Source: Squalus acanthias
Lineage: Eukaryota
DNA: 64,000 bases
Assembly: GCA_030390025.1 (NCBI GenBank)
Contig: CM059432.1
Span: 151,282,001-151,346,000, forward strand
Direction: 5' to 3'
Both the position numbers and the translations under genes were made by a program. Below the pieces are notes generated by a model. That model searched no databases, was not told the DNA's origin, and was given only the letters and a program-made list of their open reading frames with translations. Shown here piece by piece: positions 45,742-58,120 of the stretch; positions within the stretch are counted from its first letter, which is position 1; every line of letters starts with the position of its first letter.

Positions 45742-47491
45742 TGTGAAGGAATAGCCAGGATTGAGAAAAATACACGATACTGTACTAAGAACAGATTTCT
45801 GAAATTATTAATAAATGACATATTGGGTTTAAAAGACATAAGCCTTAGCAGACACAAGCTGCAGGCACAATACAGGCTTATGAGATAAGATGGTTTGTTA
45901 ATACAAAGCTGTGAACACAAGCTTTGAAATGGGAATGGGATATTGACCAAGAAACAAGCCCTATTGAAGCAAACCATTGGGAGGTTCCTCTATGTCTGAA
46001 CATTGGAACCAAAAAAAAACCAAGTAAAGTGTCAAAAGCTAACACTGATGCAAACAGAAACTTAGAATATTAAACAACCATAAGCCTTCATAATATAACA
46101 TCAAATAAGACAGGAAACACGATTAAATATGCAACCAATTGAGATAGCTAGAAAACAAGTAAACACTGAGTTAAAGTGTTTTCAATTTACATATTGTAAA
46201 TATGATACCTACAGAAGGCTTTGAAGAAATGACATCAAGTAAAAGAAACGCCTGCTGAACAAATAGTTTTAATGTTAAGCTTGAAATATGGAGTCCCGAG
46301 TCTGAAAAAAACCAATTGAAGTAAATAGAAATGCATGAAGATACTAGTTAAAGTGGTTTTAATTTACAAGTTGTAAAAGGTACACAAACAAGATGACTTT
46401 GAAAATATTACTTCAATCGATGCACCAAGCAATTACATTGTTCTTGTATTGAACTTGGAATACCACGGAGTCACAACGTCTGATAATAACCAGTTAAAGT
46501 AGTATTAGAAATTCAATAGAAAGACTTCCTAAGAATTGCATCAAACAGAAACCATTGCTGTCATTGTGTTTATGATGGTTTTTGAAACATCTAAGGTAGA
46601 GACATAATTATGCATGCAATGGCTAAATTGACAGTAAAGACAGAAAGCATTCAACAGACATATCAATAAACACAATTAGCTTACATCAGCATGAAAACTT
46701 CAAAGGATAAGCCACCAAAAAAAGATATAAAAATACGAGCTTTTCAGATAGAAAGTCAGAAGTCGCTGGGAAGACAAGCGTTTCTCAACTTTACAGACAT
46801 GCTCTGTAAGTATTCAACTTTTGAGTCTCGGGTAATCAAGGTATTTGATTTTGGTGGATATTCTGGATTAAGAAATAAGTAGAAGTGTGGAAATGTAACG
46901 AAGTTAAGATTTGAGAATAAGGATCTCTGAGAATAAGAAAATGTAAGCTATTTGTATTTTGAACTATTAAAGTCGCGATTGACTTAAGATATTCTGGATT
47001 AAGAAATAAGTAGAAGTGTGGAAATGTAACGAAGTTAAGATTTGAGAATAAGGATCTCTGATAAGAAATGTAAGCTATTTGTATTTTGAATGATTAAAGT
47101 TGCAATTGCCATAGCAGCTGTTTACTAAATGTCGGTTCTTTAATAAATCTATATATTTTTAGAATTGTCTCAAAGAGTATTTCTGTATCATCTTGCGAAC
47201 TCAATTTCTGTACACTCTTCACAAAGGATTTGCAGAGTTCTGGGGGGTATTCCGGACCCTCATAATATCCAGAAGGTTACAGTCTAGTTAAACTTATTAA
47301 AAGTACTATCTGGAGTACGGTAATATTTTCAGACCGTTTCTTTCCTTTAGAGAGAGGTAGTCTGACCTTTAGACCCAATTAAGCGTCTTATGGGATCCGG
47401 CTACCGCTAACTTTAGTTGAAGGTGAACGTCTGGGGAATACGCCTGATCTGGGGTAGTCCGAAAGGGCTAGGACTTGTAATTATCCCTTCA
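45742..47491 (+). mobile_element. Solo LTR, 1750 bp
   Basis: TG...CA ends with TGAAGG/CCTTCA inverted motif; 4-bp TSD ATGT; TATAAAA 46726; AATAAA ~47142; a homologous second copy has identical termini. Confidence 0.88.
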
Positions 47492-48310
47492 ATGTAACCC
47501 CACTATTTAAGAAAGGAGGGAGAGAGAAAACGGGGAACTACAGACCAGTTAGCCTGACATCAGTAGTAGGGAAAATGCTAGAATCTATTATTAAGGACGT
47601 GGTAACAGGGCACTTAGAAAATAATAATAGGATTGGGCAGAGTCAGCATGGATTTATGAAAGAGAAATCATGTTTGACAAATCTGTTAGAGTTTTTTGAG
47701 GTTGTAACGAGCAAAATAAATGAGGGGGGAACCAGTGGATGTGGTGTACTTAGATTTTCAGAAAGCATTCGATAAGGTGCCAAACAAGAGGTTATTAATC
47801 AAAATTAGGGCTCATGGGATTGGGGGTACTATACTAGCATGGATTGAGGATTGGTTAACAGACAGAAAACAGAGAGTAGGAATAAACGGGTCATTTTCAG
47901 GTTGGCAGGCTGTAACTAGTGGGGTAGCGCAAGGATCAGTGCTTGGGCCTCAGCTATTCACAATCTATATCAATGATTTGGATGGGGGGACCAAATGTAA
48001 TATATCCAAGTTTGCTGATGATACAAAGCTAGCTGGGAATGTAAGTTGTGAGGAGGATGCAAAGAGGCTTCAAGGGGATATAGACAGGCTAAGTGAGTGG
48101 GCAAGAATATGGCAAATGAAATATAATGTGGAGAAATGTGAAGTTATCCACTTTGGTAGGAAAAATAGAAAAGCAGAGTATTTTTTAAATGGTGAGAGAT
48201 TGGGAAATGTTGGTGTTCAGAGGGACCTGGGTGTCCTTGTACACGAATCACTGAAAGTTAACATGCAGGTACAGCAAGCAATTAGGAAAGCAAATGGTAT
48301 GTTAGCCTTT

Positions 48311-48802
48311 AGAAACATAGAAAAATAGGAGCAGGAGTCGGTCATTCGGACCTTTGAGCCTGCTCCGCCAATCAATATGATCATGGCTGATCCTCTATCT
48401 CAATACCATATTCCCGCTCTCTCCCCATACCCCTTGATGCCTTTTGTGTCTCGTAACCTATCTATCTCCTTCTTAAATATATTCAGTGACTTGGCCTCCA
48501 CAGCCTTCTGTGGTAGAGAATTCCACAGGTTCACCACCCTCTGAGTGAAGAAATTTCTCCTCATCTCAGTCCTAAATGTCCTACCCCGTATCCTGAGACT
48601 GTGACCCCTCGTTCTAGACCCCCCCCCCCCCCCAGCCAGGGGAAACATCCTCCCTGCATCCAGTCTGTCTAGCGCTGTCAGAATTTTATACGTTTCAATG
48701 AGATCCCCTCTCATTCTTCTAAACTCTAGAGAATACAGGCCAGTCGACCCAATCTCTCCTCATACGACAGTCCTGCCATCCCAGGAATCAGTCTGGTGAA
48801 CC
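48311..48802 (-). mobile_element. CR1 3' fragment inserted antisense in the older CR1
   Basis: MRGDLIETYKIL..FFTQRVVNLWNSLP; tail at the left end. Confidence 0.88.
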
Positions 48803-50629
48803 CTTATTACAAGAGGATTTGAGTATAAGAGTAAAGACATCTTACTGCAGTTATATAGGGCCGTGGTGAGACCACACCTGGAGTATTGTGTACAGTTTTG
48901 GTCTCCTTACCTAAGGAAGGATATACTTGCCATAGAGGAGTGCAATGAAGGTTCACCAGACTGATTCCTGGGATGGGGGGATTGTCCTATGAGGACAGAT
49001 TGAGTAGGCTAGGCTTATATTCTCTGGAGTTTAGAATAATGATAGGTGATCTATTTGAAACAAAGAAAATTCTTACAGGGCTTGACAGGGTAGATGCAGG
49101 GAGGATGTTTCCCCTGGCTGGGGAGTGTAGAACCAGGGGTCACAGTCTCAGAATAAGGGGTCGGCCATTTAGGACTGAGATGAGGAGAAATTTCTTCACT
49201 CAGAAGGTGGTGAATCTTTGGTATTCTTTACCCCAGAGGGCTGTGGAGGCTCAGTCGTTGAGTATATTCAAGGCGCAGATCGATAGATTTTTGGGTATTA
49301 AGGGAATCAAGGGATATGGGGATATTGCAGGAAAGTGGAGATGAGGTAGAAGATCAGCCATGATCTTATTGAATGGCGGAGCAGGCTCGAGGGGCAGAAT
49401 GGCCGACTCCTGCTCCTAGTTCTTATGTTCTTATGTTCACCCAACTGGCCGTTAATCTTGTCAGAGTTGACTGTGGGGGGAGTGAGGGGGCATCGCAGCC
49501 TGTTCTCAGCCAACATCCAAACACGGGCATTTCCAGCAGGCGTTGGTGAATAGTGATGAAGAACCCAGCTGTATTTCCCCTCCTGAACTCGGGCCCAATC
49601 TCAGTGTCCTGAGGGCAGCTGGAATCAATTAGCCCAGTCCAGGCCTCAGGCAGGGATGGGAAATCTTGCTGGTCTGTCGAGCTCAATTCCTCCACCTTTG
49701 TCCAGTGCGCAGTGTATCTTTCCATGCTCGTTCCCTTCAGCCCTCGGAATGGCAGAATCAATGTTTGGGTTGGTTTGCCTTACATTGGCTGGCTGAAAAG
49801 TGAGAATAGTTTCTAATGCTTCTCCCCAAGAAGGAGAGCTGAGAATAGTGCTGAGCACGTGCACCCATTACTGCTTTGGCCAAATGCGGGGCCTGGAGAT
49901 GATCCTGAGTCCCACTGTAAACCTGCAGGCACTGCTCGGGAATCGTGGGCTCACAATGGTCTAATTTTCTGTTTCACTGAAACGAATGACTGCCAAGCCG
50001 AGTGCCGGCGGCCTGCCATCTCTTGGCCAGTGCCCCGTGCGGAAGCTGGCAATGCCCAACTGAGGAATCAACCCTCTACCGTCTCTTCCACTACGGTTAG
50101 AATCTTGCTCTCTGCACAAATGTTTTGAGTATTTAGGGCTGAATTTTGAAACGTTGTCACTTCTCAGTGACATCTCCAATTACAATGCAAGTTGTCATTT
50201 CTTCAAAGAGTGGTGTTGCAGTAAAGGAATTTGAATACATACTGGGAGAGATATCAGGAATGGCTCACAGACATGTAAAAGTGGATAAATATTTGAAAAA
50301 GAAAAATGTAAAAGTGTCTGGGGAAAGAGCGAGGAAATGGAGTTAAGTGTAAAGTTCTTTCAACAAGCTGGCACAGGGAAATGGGCCAGTTGGCCTCCTT
50401 CTGTATATAAAATTATGTGATTCTATATATAATTATTTTAAATTTGACAGGATGCATGAAGAATCTTCCTCTCGTCAGTTTATAAGCCGAGATTTTGAGG
50501 AAGAAATTGACACTATTTATGTTTATGTGTCCTGGACAAGAAAAAGCCGTCAGCCACGTGCCTGCTCCCCCTCGTGCTTCACTTGAGTTCATCTCCATAC
50601 ATTAACCTGCCCTCCACCCCCACCCCCAC

Positions 50630-53600
50630 TCTAAACCTTCCCCCAATTACTTTAAATCTGTGCCCCCTGGTTTTTGACCCCTCTGCTAAGGGAAATAGGT
50701 CCTTTCTATCCACTTTATCTATGCCCTTCATAATTTTATACACCTCAATAAGGTCTCCCCTCAGCCTCCTCTGTTCCAAGGAAAACAGACCCAGCTGATC
50801 CAGTCTTTCCTCATAGCTAAGATTCTCTACTCCTGGCAACACCCTTGTAAATCACCTCTGTACCCTCTCTAGTGCAATCACATCTTTCCTGTAATGTGGT
50901 GACCAGAACTGCACACAGTACTCTAGCTGAAACATAGAAACATAGAAGATAGGAGCAGGAGTAGGCCATTCGGCCCCTCGAGACTGCTCCGCCATTTAAT
51001 GAGATCATGGCTGATCATCCAAATTCAGTACCCTGTCCCTGCTTTCTCCCCATATCCCTTGATCCCTTTAGCCTTAAGAAATATATCTAACTCCTTCTTG
51101 AATATATTTAATGAATTGGCCTCAACTGCCTTCTGTGGTAGAGAATTCCACAGGTTCACCACTCTCTGGGTGAAGAAATTCCTCCTCATCTCAGTCCGAA
51201 ATGGCTTACCCCTTATCCTTAGACTGTGACCCCTGGTTCTGGACTCCCCCGCCATCGGGAACATCCTTCCTACATCTAGTCTGTCTAGTCCTGTTAGAAT
51301 TTTATAAGTTTCAATGAGATCCCCTCTCATTCTTCTAAACTCTAGCGAATACAAGCCCAATCGTCCCAATCTCTCTTCATACGTCATTCCTGCCATCCCA
51401 GGTATCAGTCTGGTAAATCTTTGCTGCACTCCCTCCATGGCAAGAACATCCTGAGGCCTAACTAGTGTTTTATACAGTTGAATCATAACCCCCCTGCTCT
51501 TGTACTCTATGCCACGGCTAATAAAGGCAAGCATTCCGTATGCCTTCTTAACCACCTTATCTACTTGGCCTGCTACCTTCAGGGATCTGTGAACATGCAC
51601 TCCAAGATCCTTTTGTTCCACTACACTACTCAGTGTCCTACCATTTACTGTGGATTCCCTTTCCTTGTTAGCCCTCCCCAAATGCATTACCTCACACTTC
51701 TCCGGATTGAATTCCATTTGCCACTGTTCTGCCCACCTGACCAATTTATTGATATCTTCCTGCAGCTTCCTTCTTCAGTATCAACCACACAGCCGATTTT
51801 AGTATCATCTGCAAACTTCTTAATCATACCCCCTATATTCAAGTCAAGATCGTTGATATATACCACAAAAAGCAAGGGACCTAGTACTGAGCCCTGCGGA
51901 ACCCCACTTGAAACAGTCTTCCAGTCACAAAAACACCCATCAACCATTACCCTCTGCTTCCTGTCTCTGAGCCAGTTTTGAATCCAACTTGACACTTTGC
52001 CTGGATCCCATGGGCTTTTAACTTCGTGACCAGTCTGCCATGTGGAACCTTATCAAAAGCCTTGCTAAAGTCCATATACACTACATCAAATGCACTACCC
52101 TCATCTACCCTCCTTGTTACCCCCTCAAAAAATTCAATCAAGTTTGCCAGACACGACCTTCCCTTAACAAATCCGTGCTAACTATCCTTGATTAATCCGT
52201 GTCTTTCAAAATTTGCTTTTCCCCAATTTAGAATTTTTATTCCTGGTCTATCCTTGTCCTTTTCCATAACTACCTTAAATCTAACAGAATTATGGTCACT
52301 AGCACCAAAATGCTCCCCCACTGATATGCCTTCTATCTGCCCAGCTTCATTCCCTAAAACTAAGTCCAGAACCGCCTCCTCCCTTGTTGGGCTTGCTACA
52401 GACTGGCTAAAAAAATTCTCCTGGATGCATTTTAGGAATTCCGCACCTTCTATACCCTTCACATTAATTTTATCCCAGTTAATATTGGGGTAGTTGAAAT
52501 CCCCTACTATTACTGCATTACTGCAACTTTCTTCATAAGTCAACCCCCTCATCTCAGGAATCAACCTAGTGAATCATCTCTGAACTGCCTACAATGCAAG
52601 TATATCCTTCCTTAAATAAGGAGATGAAAACTGTACGCAGTACTCAAGGTGTGGTCTCACCAATACCCTGTACAGTTGTAGCAGGACTTCCCTGCTTTTA
52701 TACTCCAACCCCTTGAAATAAAGGCCAACATTCCATTTGCCTTTTTGATTACTTGTTGTACCTGCATGCTATCTTTTTGTGTTTCATGCACAAGGACCCC
52801 CAGGTCCCTTTGAACTGTAGCATTTTGTAATCTCTCTCCATTTAAATAATAATTAGCTTTTTTATTTTTCCTGCCGAAGTGCATAACCTCGCACTTTCCC
52901 ACATTATACTCCATCTGCCAAATGTTTGCCCACTCACCTAGCCTGTCTATATCCCTTTGCAGATTCTTTGAGTCCTCTGCACAACTTGCTTTCCCACCCA
53001 TCTTTGTATCATCCGCAAACTTGGCTACATTACACTCAGTCCCTTCATCCAAGTCATTAATGTAGATTGTAAATAGTTGAGGCCCCAGCAATGATCCCTG
53101 TGGCACCCCACTAGTTACCATTTGCCAACCGGAAAATGACCCATTTATCCCGACTCTCTGCTTTCTGTTAGTTAGCCAATTCTCCTTAAATGTCCGCCAC
53201 TGCATTTCAACTGTCTTACCTTTTATTTTATTTTTCCAGTCCACTTTAGCCAGTTCTGCCCTCATGCCATTGTAATTGCCTTTGTTTAAGATCAGGACAC
53301 TGGTTTGAGATACAACTTTCTTAGCCTCCAACTGAATTTGAAATTCAACCATGTTATGATCACTCTTTCCTAGAGGATCCTTTACTATGAGATCATTTAT
53401 TAATTCTGTCTCATTACACAGTACCAGATCCAAGATAGCCTGCTCCCTGGTTGGTTCCATTACATACTGTTCTAGGAAACCATCCCGGATACACTCTATG
53501 AACTCCTCCTCAAGGCTACCATGCCAATTTCATTTGTCCAATCAATATGGAGATTAAAATCACCCATGATTATTACCGTACCTTTTTTACAGGCTTCCAT

Positions 53601-54110
53601 TATTTGTTGATTTATACTCTGTCCAACAGTATTGCTACTGTTCGGGGGCCTGTAGACTATGCCCACCAGAGACTTTTTCCCCTCATTATTTTTTATCTCC
53701 ACCCAAACCGATTCTACATCTTGATCTTCTGATCCAATATCACTTCTCACCACTGCACTGATCCCATCCTTTACCAACAAAGCCACCCCACCTCCCTTTC
53801 CTTTCTGTCTATCCTTCCGAATTGTCAAATACCCTGGAATATTCAGTTCCCAGCCCTGGTCACCTTGCAACCACGTCTCGGTAATGGCGATCAGATCCAT
53901 ACCCATTTGTATCTGTTTGTGCCGTCAACTCATCTATCTTGTTACGAATGCTGCGTGCATTCAGATATAGAGCTTTTAACTTTGTCTTTTTCCCATTTCT
54001 CCTTGTTTTGGCCCCATTTTCTGTTGCACTCTTATTTTTAAACATTCTGTCCCTTCCTGTCACACTCTGGTTATTATTTCCCCCATCTCTATCCTGCTCT
54101 ATTGTTTTCT
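50630..54110 (-). mobile_element. Cluster of nested and deleted CR1 fragments (including an insertion at ~50928-51451)
   Basis: Multiple RT and APE ORF fragments on the minus strand. Confidence 0.88.
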
Positions 54111-55278
54111 CATTTCTCATTGATAATATTAACAGTGGCAATTCAGACCATTTAACGAGAGTCTTGCTAAACGCAACCGGGGGCCTACTTAAGATGCAAT
54201 GTTGTGGCCCGATGATGTCATCGGTGCTGCAACATAATATTAGCGACAAGCCAGAGGGAATCCTACAATGGCTGCTGCCCAGCAGTAGAACCATGGCGGG
54301 CAGTGCCGACTGGCCAGAAGAGGCCAAGATAAGTTTATAAAAGGGAATCTTTGGCCTCTGCCTAATCGCAAGGGAATCCCAAGTCCTGGCCTTCCCCCAA
54401 AGTCAAAGGAACCCGCGCCGCAACCACCCCCCCCCCCCAACCCCAACCCCCCAATTGCCGATCCATGATAGCCCTGGAACTCCTCCAACTAATCGCCCGG
54501 CTGCGGCCTCCTGACACCAGATTCCCGCTCCCGCCCACCGACTAGGTACTGAATCTGGCCCAGTGTTGGGCAGGACTCTGGGAACTTTTATTTAAGCAAG
54601 GCCCTGCTGCTAAGATCGGCAGAGCCTCCACGTCCCCGAACTCTCCGGGTATGCTGCCCGCGACCATTTCCGCTCCCCCCCCCCCCCCCCCCAACCACCC
54701 CCAGGAAAAATCGAGGTCCTGTGTCTTCCAGTCCTGGAGTGGGGCGTGACCGTCCAACATTCTGAGTCAGAGGCAGGAGTGCGCCCACTGAGTCACGGCT
54801 TTGTCAGCCTGACGTGAATATGAATGTCGGCTCTCTTCCTTGAGTCACTCATTTTGACAGATAAATAAAATTAATTAATTAGTTTTTATTATAAATATGC
54901 AAAAATTATTTATTGCTCTTGCTGCTTAAAAACTGTCAGAAAAATATGTATCAACATATAGTCTTGTAATAATTGTTACCCAGGGCTGACTGGACTTGGA
55001 CTGAAATTTTGAATCGTTTCTGTCTCAATATTGAGCACCATATGGTTAAACGCTGGTTATATTGCTGGTTTTAACTTAACAAAAGTGGGCGCAGAATCAC
55101 CAATTACTAGAATCAATGTTTTGTGTTGTGTGGGTGCAGTAATAGCCTCTTGTATTTCTCTAATATTGCTGTCATTTAGATTTACGAGGTTAAATTGGCA
55201 TGTCAGAAACAACACAGTGAATCCTCAGATTAAAATCAAAATAAGCAAAAGACTCTGTGGTCTGGTAGTCAATAGATT

Positions 55279-56572
55279 AATGTGTCCATTATAAGCCCAC
55301 TGACTTCCACAGCTACCTGGAGTACACTTCCACTCATCCCGCTTCCTGTAAGGACTCTATTCCATTCTCCCAGTTTCTCCGTCTCCGTCACATCTGCTCT
55401 GACGATGCCACCTTCCATACCAGTGCTTCCGACATGTCCTCCTTTTTCCTCAACTGAGGATTCCCCTCTACCGTGGTTGACATGGCCCTCGACCGTGTCC
55501 ATTCTATTTCCCACACTTCTGCTCTCACCCCTTCCACTCCCTCCCAGAACCATGATAGGGTTCCCCTTGTCCTCACCTTTCACCCCACCAGCGTCCACAT
55601 TCAACGGATTATCCTCCGCCATTTCCGCCACCTCCAGCGTGATCCCACCACCAAACACATCTTCCCCTCACCTCCCCTTTCAGTATTCCGAAGGGACCAT
55701 TCCATCCATGACACCCTGGTCCACTCCTCAATCATCCTCAACACACCCTCCCCTTCCGACGGCACCTTCCCGCGCAAGCACAGGAGATGCAACACCTGCC
55801 CTTTTACCTCCACCCTTCCCTCCGTCCAAGGCCCCAAACACTCCTTCCAGGTGAAACAGCGATTTACTTGTACTACTTTCAAGTTAGTATACTGTATTTG
55901 CTGCTCACGATGCGGTCTCCTCTACATTGGGGAGACCAAACGCAGATTGGGTGACCGCTTTGCGGAACACCTCCGTTCAGTCCACAAGCATGACCCCGAG
56001 CTTCCGGTCGCCTGTCACTTTAATTCTTCGCTCCACTCCCACTCTGACCTCCCCGTCCTCGGCCTCTTACACTGTTCCAATGAAGCTCAACATAAGCTTG
56101 AGGAACAGCACCTCATCTTTCGATCAGACACTTTACAGCCTTCTGGACTCAACATCGAGTTCAACAATTTCAGATCATAACCTCTGCCCCCATTTTTTTG
56201 GACTGCAGCTGTTGTTGATGATTCTGCCATTGCCATTTACACCTCTTCTAGACCCATATTTTGTTTCCTTACTTGTCCCATTACCATCTCCTTTTGCCTC
56301 GCACCATCATCCCTTTTGTCTCTTAATCTCTCCTGCCTTCCATCCTATCACAGACCTTCCCTTTTGTTCTTTCCTCCCCTCCCCCCTTTCCCTGCTCCTA
56401 CACTTGCTTAAAATCTGTTACATCTCTAATTTTTTCCAGTTCTGATGAAAGGTTATCGACCTGAAACGTTAACTCTGATTCTCTCTCCACAGTTGTTGCC
56501 TGACCTGCTGAGCATTTCCAGCATTTTCTGTTTTTATTTCAGATTTCCAGCATCCGCAGCATTTTGCTTTTT
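55279..56572 (+). mobile_element. Penelope-like element 3' part (RT thumb + GIY-YIG) with terminal repeat; a different family from 17638-19648
   Basis: YKPTDFHSYL..IPFSQFLRLRHIC; PLVLTFHP; LVYCICCSRCGLLYIGETKRRLGDRFAEH; PSGLN; ORF stop at 56180. Confidence 0.93.
56438..56474 (+). ncRNA. Minimal type I hammerhead ribozyme motif
   Basis: AGTT CTGATGA a AGGT tatcg ACCT GAAA c GTT AACT. Stem I AGTT/AACT, stem II AGGT/ACCT, palindromic AACGTT stem III. Confidence 0.82.
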
Positions 56573-56669
56573 GATTATTGCGTTAGTGGAGTTACAGAAC
56601 ACAAATTCTTAGCCACAGTGCCCCACACATGAGCTCTTAATCTCCGTCAAGCAACCAGGGAGAGACAAT

Positions 56670-57242
56670 GGGGGTAATTTTCACCTTGGGTGACAATGTA
56701 AAACGAGTGATATTGATTCAGCCGCCCATTATACAGAGAATCATAGAATCATACAGGACAGGAGGCCATTCGGCCCATCGTGTCTGTGCCGGCTCTTTGA
56801 AAGAGCTCTCCAATTAGTTCCACTCTCTTGCCCTCTCCCAATAGCCCTGCAAATATTTATTTTTCAACTGTATATTCAATTCCCATTTGAAAGTTACTAT
56901 TGAATCTGCTTCCACCACCCTTTCTGGTAGTGCACTGCAGACCATAACAACTCGCTGCCAATGTTCCCTCTAAGCTCCACTTTGTTTTGCGTGGCCTGTT
57001 TCTTTTAATGCGCGGTCCCTTTAAATTTCTGCACATGCACGGTGTTTACAATAGAAAAGCCGGTGAGCGGCCTGCGCGGGACCATTCGCAGTCGTTCACG
57101 GCCACGCAGCGGCGCAGCTTACCAGGAACATTGCTCGCTGCGTATATTTTTTTCTCTATTTGAAGTCAAATGGAAAAGAAGAGCGAGAGAGATGTATCGA
57201 TATTGTCTGTTTTACACTATCACCCAAATCAAAATAACCCCC
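56670..57242. mobile_element. Short Harbinger-type MITE containing a nested CR1 3' fragment (~56737-57155, minus strand) and a hAT MITE
   Basis: ~35-bp imperfect TIR gggggtaattttcaccttgggtgacaatgtaaaac / gttttacactatcacccaaatcaaaataaccccc; TSD-like AAT/AGT. Confidence 0.7.
56959..57133. mobile_element. hAT-type MITE (175 bp)
   Basis: TIR CAATGTTCC..TAAGCT; perfect 8-bp TSD CTCGCTGC (56951-58, 57134-41). Confidence 0.88.
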
Positions 57243-58120
57243 AGTGAGTGAGACCAGGGTGAGAGTGATGGAGAACGAAGGCACGAGCAGGTTACTCAGC
57301 TTGGACCGTCGGTGTCGAGCTGGAGGACGTGTGCATAGAAATTGAAAAACCTCCAACTAAAGTTTGAGATTAGGGAAAAAACTTAAGCCCCGATTTTATC
57401 TTGGGGCGTGAATGTGGCGTGCAGGGGGAAGGCGGGGAGAGCATCAAGCTCACTTGACCGCACTAACGTTAACTAGTTCAGAGATGTGGCGCTATCGATC
57501 TTCTCAAGCGAAGGAAGGGGTTTTAGGGTTGTGCAGGTAAGTCATTGCTGATAGGGGAGAAATGTAGCGATCGTGCAAGGGTGCTCTGTGAAGGGTTAGT
57601 TCTACAAGTGTTGCTTTAAGAGGGTGAAGAATGTGCTGATGTCCAGGGTGGGCAAGGAAAAAAAGGGAGCGTGTCTGGTGTGTTACCTTGCCTGACCTAG
57701 CATTAACCCCTGGTCCTCCTTTCCATGTTTGAACCAAGGCTGCAGCCAAACCAGGACTGAATCACAACCTGGTCGGCGGGCAGGCGGGAGAGAGATTTCG
57801 GGGGGGGCAGGAGGCCATCACTGGGGACCCAAGGGAACGGTCTCTGGCAGTTAGGTAAGTGGGTCCTCCTGGCACACAAGGAAACCACGAAAAGATGTTT
57901 TACATTCCTGGGCTTCTTCTGATCTCGATCCTGATTGCCACCAGCTTTCTCCGGCAGGTCCAACACTCAGCAAGAGTCACGCGGCTGTGTGTTAAAATCG
58001 GGTCAGGATACTATTCGCGTTATAGAACCCCGACATTTGCATATTTATGAGGCCCTCGCCTGCCTGTGTCAAGTGCCTCACACATCCCCCGAAACCCAAG
58101 TGTTAAATTGGTGGAGGGCG

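Larger units (their letters stand above)
37973..49437 (+). mobile_element. Older CR1 ORF2 broken into five pieces (37973-38076, 42616-42991, 45462-45741, 47492-48310, ~48803-49437) by nested insertions
   Basis: Pieces are collinear along ORF2 when the inserts are removed; ends in a (TTCTTATG) tail. Confidence 0.88.

Noticed and set aside
47440..47478. Hammerhead-like CTGA..GAAA near the LTR 3' end
   Set aside because: The core reads CTGATCT, not CUGANGA; only a simple hairpin can be drawn.
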